Below are positions 63,513 through 64,000 of a stretch of DNA of 64,000 bases, piece by piece (the stretch's first letter is position 1; each line of letters opens with the position of its first letter). The stretch comes from Malacoraja senta. Taxonomy: Eukaryota. The notes beneath the pieces were generated by a model. It saw only the letters and a program-made list of their open reading frames with translations, had not been told where the DNA came from and did not search any database. The position numbers and the translations under genes were made by a program. Location: the NCBI GenBank assembly GCA_038087875.1, contig CM075982.1:20832001-20896000 (forward strand), given 5' to 3'.

Positions 63513-64000
63513 CTGAGTAGGGCCATCCTCTCCAGCCCGTCCTTACTGACATTGTCTCTGGAGAGCAGATTGCTGAGCTGCAGCTCCTGGTTGTCTGCCA
63601 TCCGCAGGAGCTTCCCCAGTTCCTGATGCTGGAGAGTCTGCACGTGCTGCTCCATGTCTTCAGGATGCAACTGCCCAGTCTGGTAGGGAGCAATGAACTG
63701 GGGAGGGTAGCTCGGGTAATACTGTGTAGAATACATGGTGGTGTTGCCACCTATCTGGTAGGGCATAGTGTAGGCCCCATACGAATACTGGGGGCCAGTC
63801 ACAGCCGCCCTGGAGTAACCGTAGGGATTGTCCGAGTTCTGGAACTTGTAGTACGCCGTGGGCGTTGGGTGTGTGTAGGAAGAGTAGGTCTCTCCCTGGG
63901 AGGATGAACTACACTCATCGTCAGTGTCCAAGAAATGCAATTGGGGAGTCTGGTTCTTCAGTGCAGGTTTTTGGTCGGGATTGTTGGGATCCCAGAGCCT
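63513..64000 (-). CDS. SMG6: SMG6 (EST1A) NMD endonuclease, 3' part of large exon 2 (continues past the window end)
   Basis: RLWDPNNPDQKPALKNQTPQLHFLDTDDE...YYKFQNSDNPY...QELGKLLRMADNQELQLSNLLSRD...GLERMALLR matches the SMG6 N-terminal region. The donor AG|GTGAGC falls at the expected exon boundary. Confidence 0.9.

Overview
Repeat-rich vertebrate genomic DNA, most likely from a cartilaginous fish such as a skate or ray. This is inferred from the repeat content: HE1/V-SINE-type tRNA SINEs, CR1 and Rex1-like LINE debris, and Penelope-derived repeats with hammerhead motifs. The window holds the conserved SEBOX-TMEM199-POLDIP2 block. SEBOX is on + (3 coding exons, 7324-9774). TMEM199/VMA12 is on - (6 coding exons, 15222-22060, plus a likely non-coding first exon at ~26.1 kb). 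POLDIP2 is on + (26292-58435) and shares a CpG-island bidirectional promoter with TMEM199. After a 200-N gap (60325-60524) lies the 3' part of the large SMG6/EST1A exon 2 on -, and no further SMG6 exon was recognised. Main finding: POLDIP2 has three tandem paralogous terminal exons (52660-52789, 56369-56480 and the canonical 58321-58435). Each is in frame with exon 10, has its own acceptor and stop, and encodes a different end of the ApaG/DUF525 domain. A candidate 3-nt microexon (45511-45513) sits in the same intron. Together these could give up to six C-terminal isoforms. All gene calls come from manual translation and recalled homology, not database searches.
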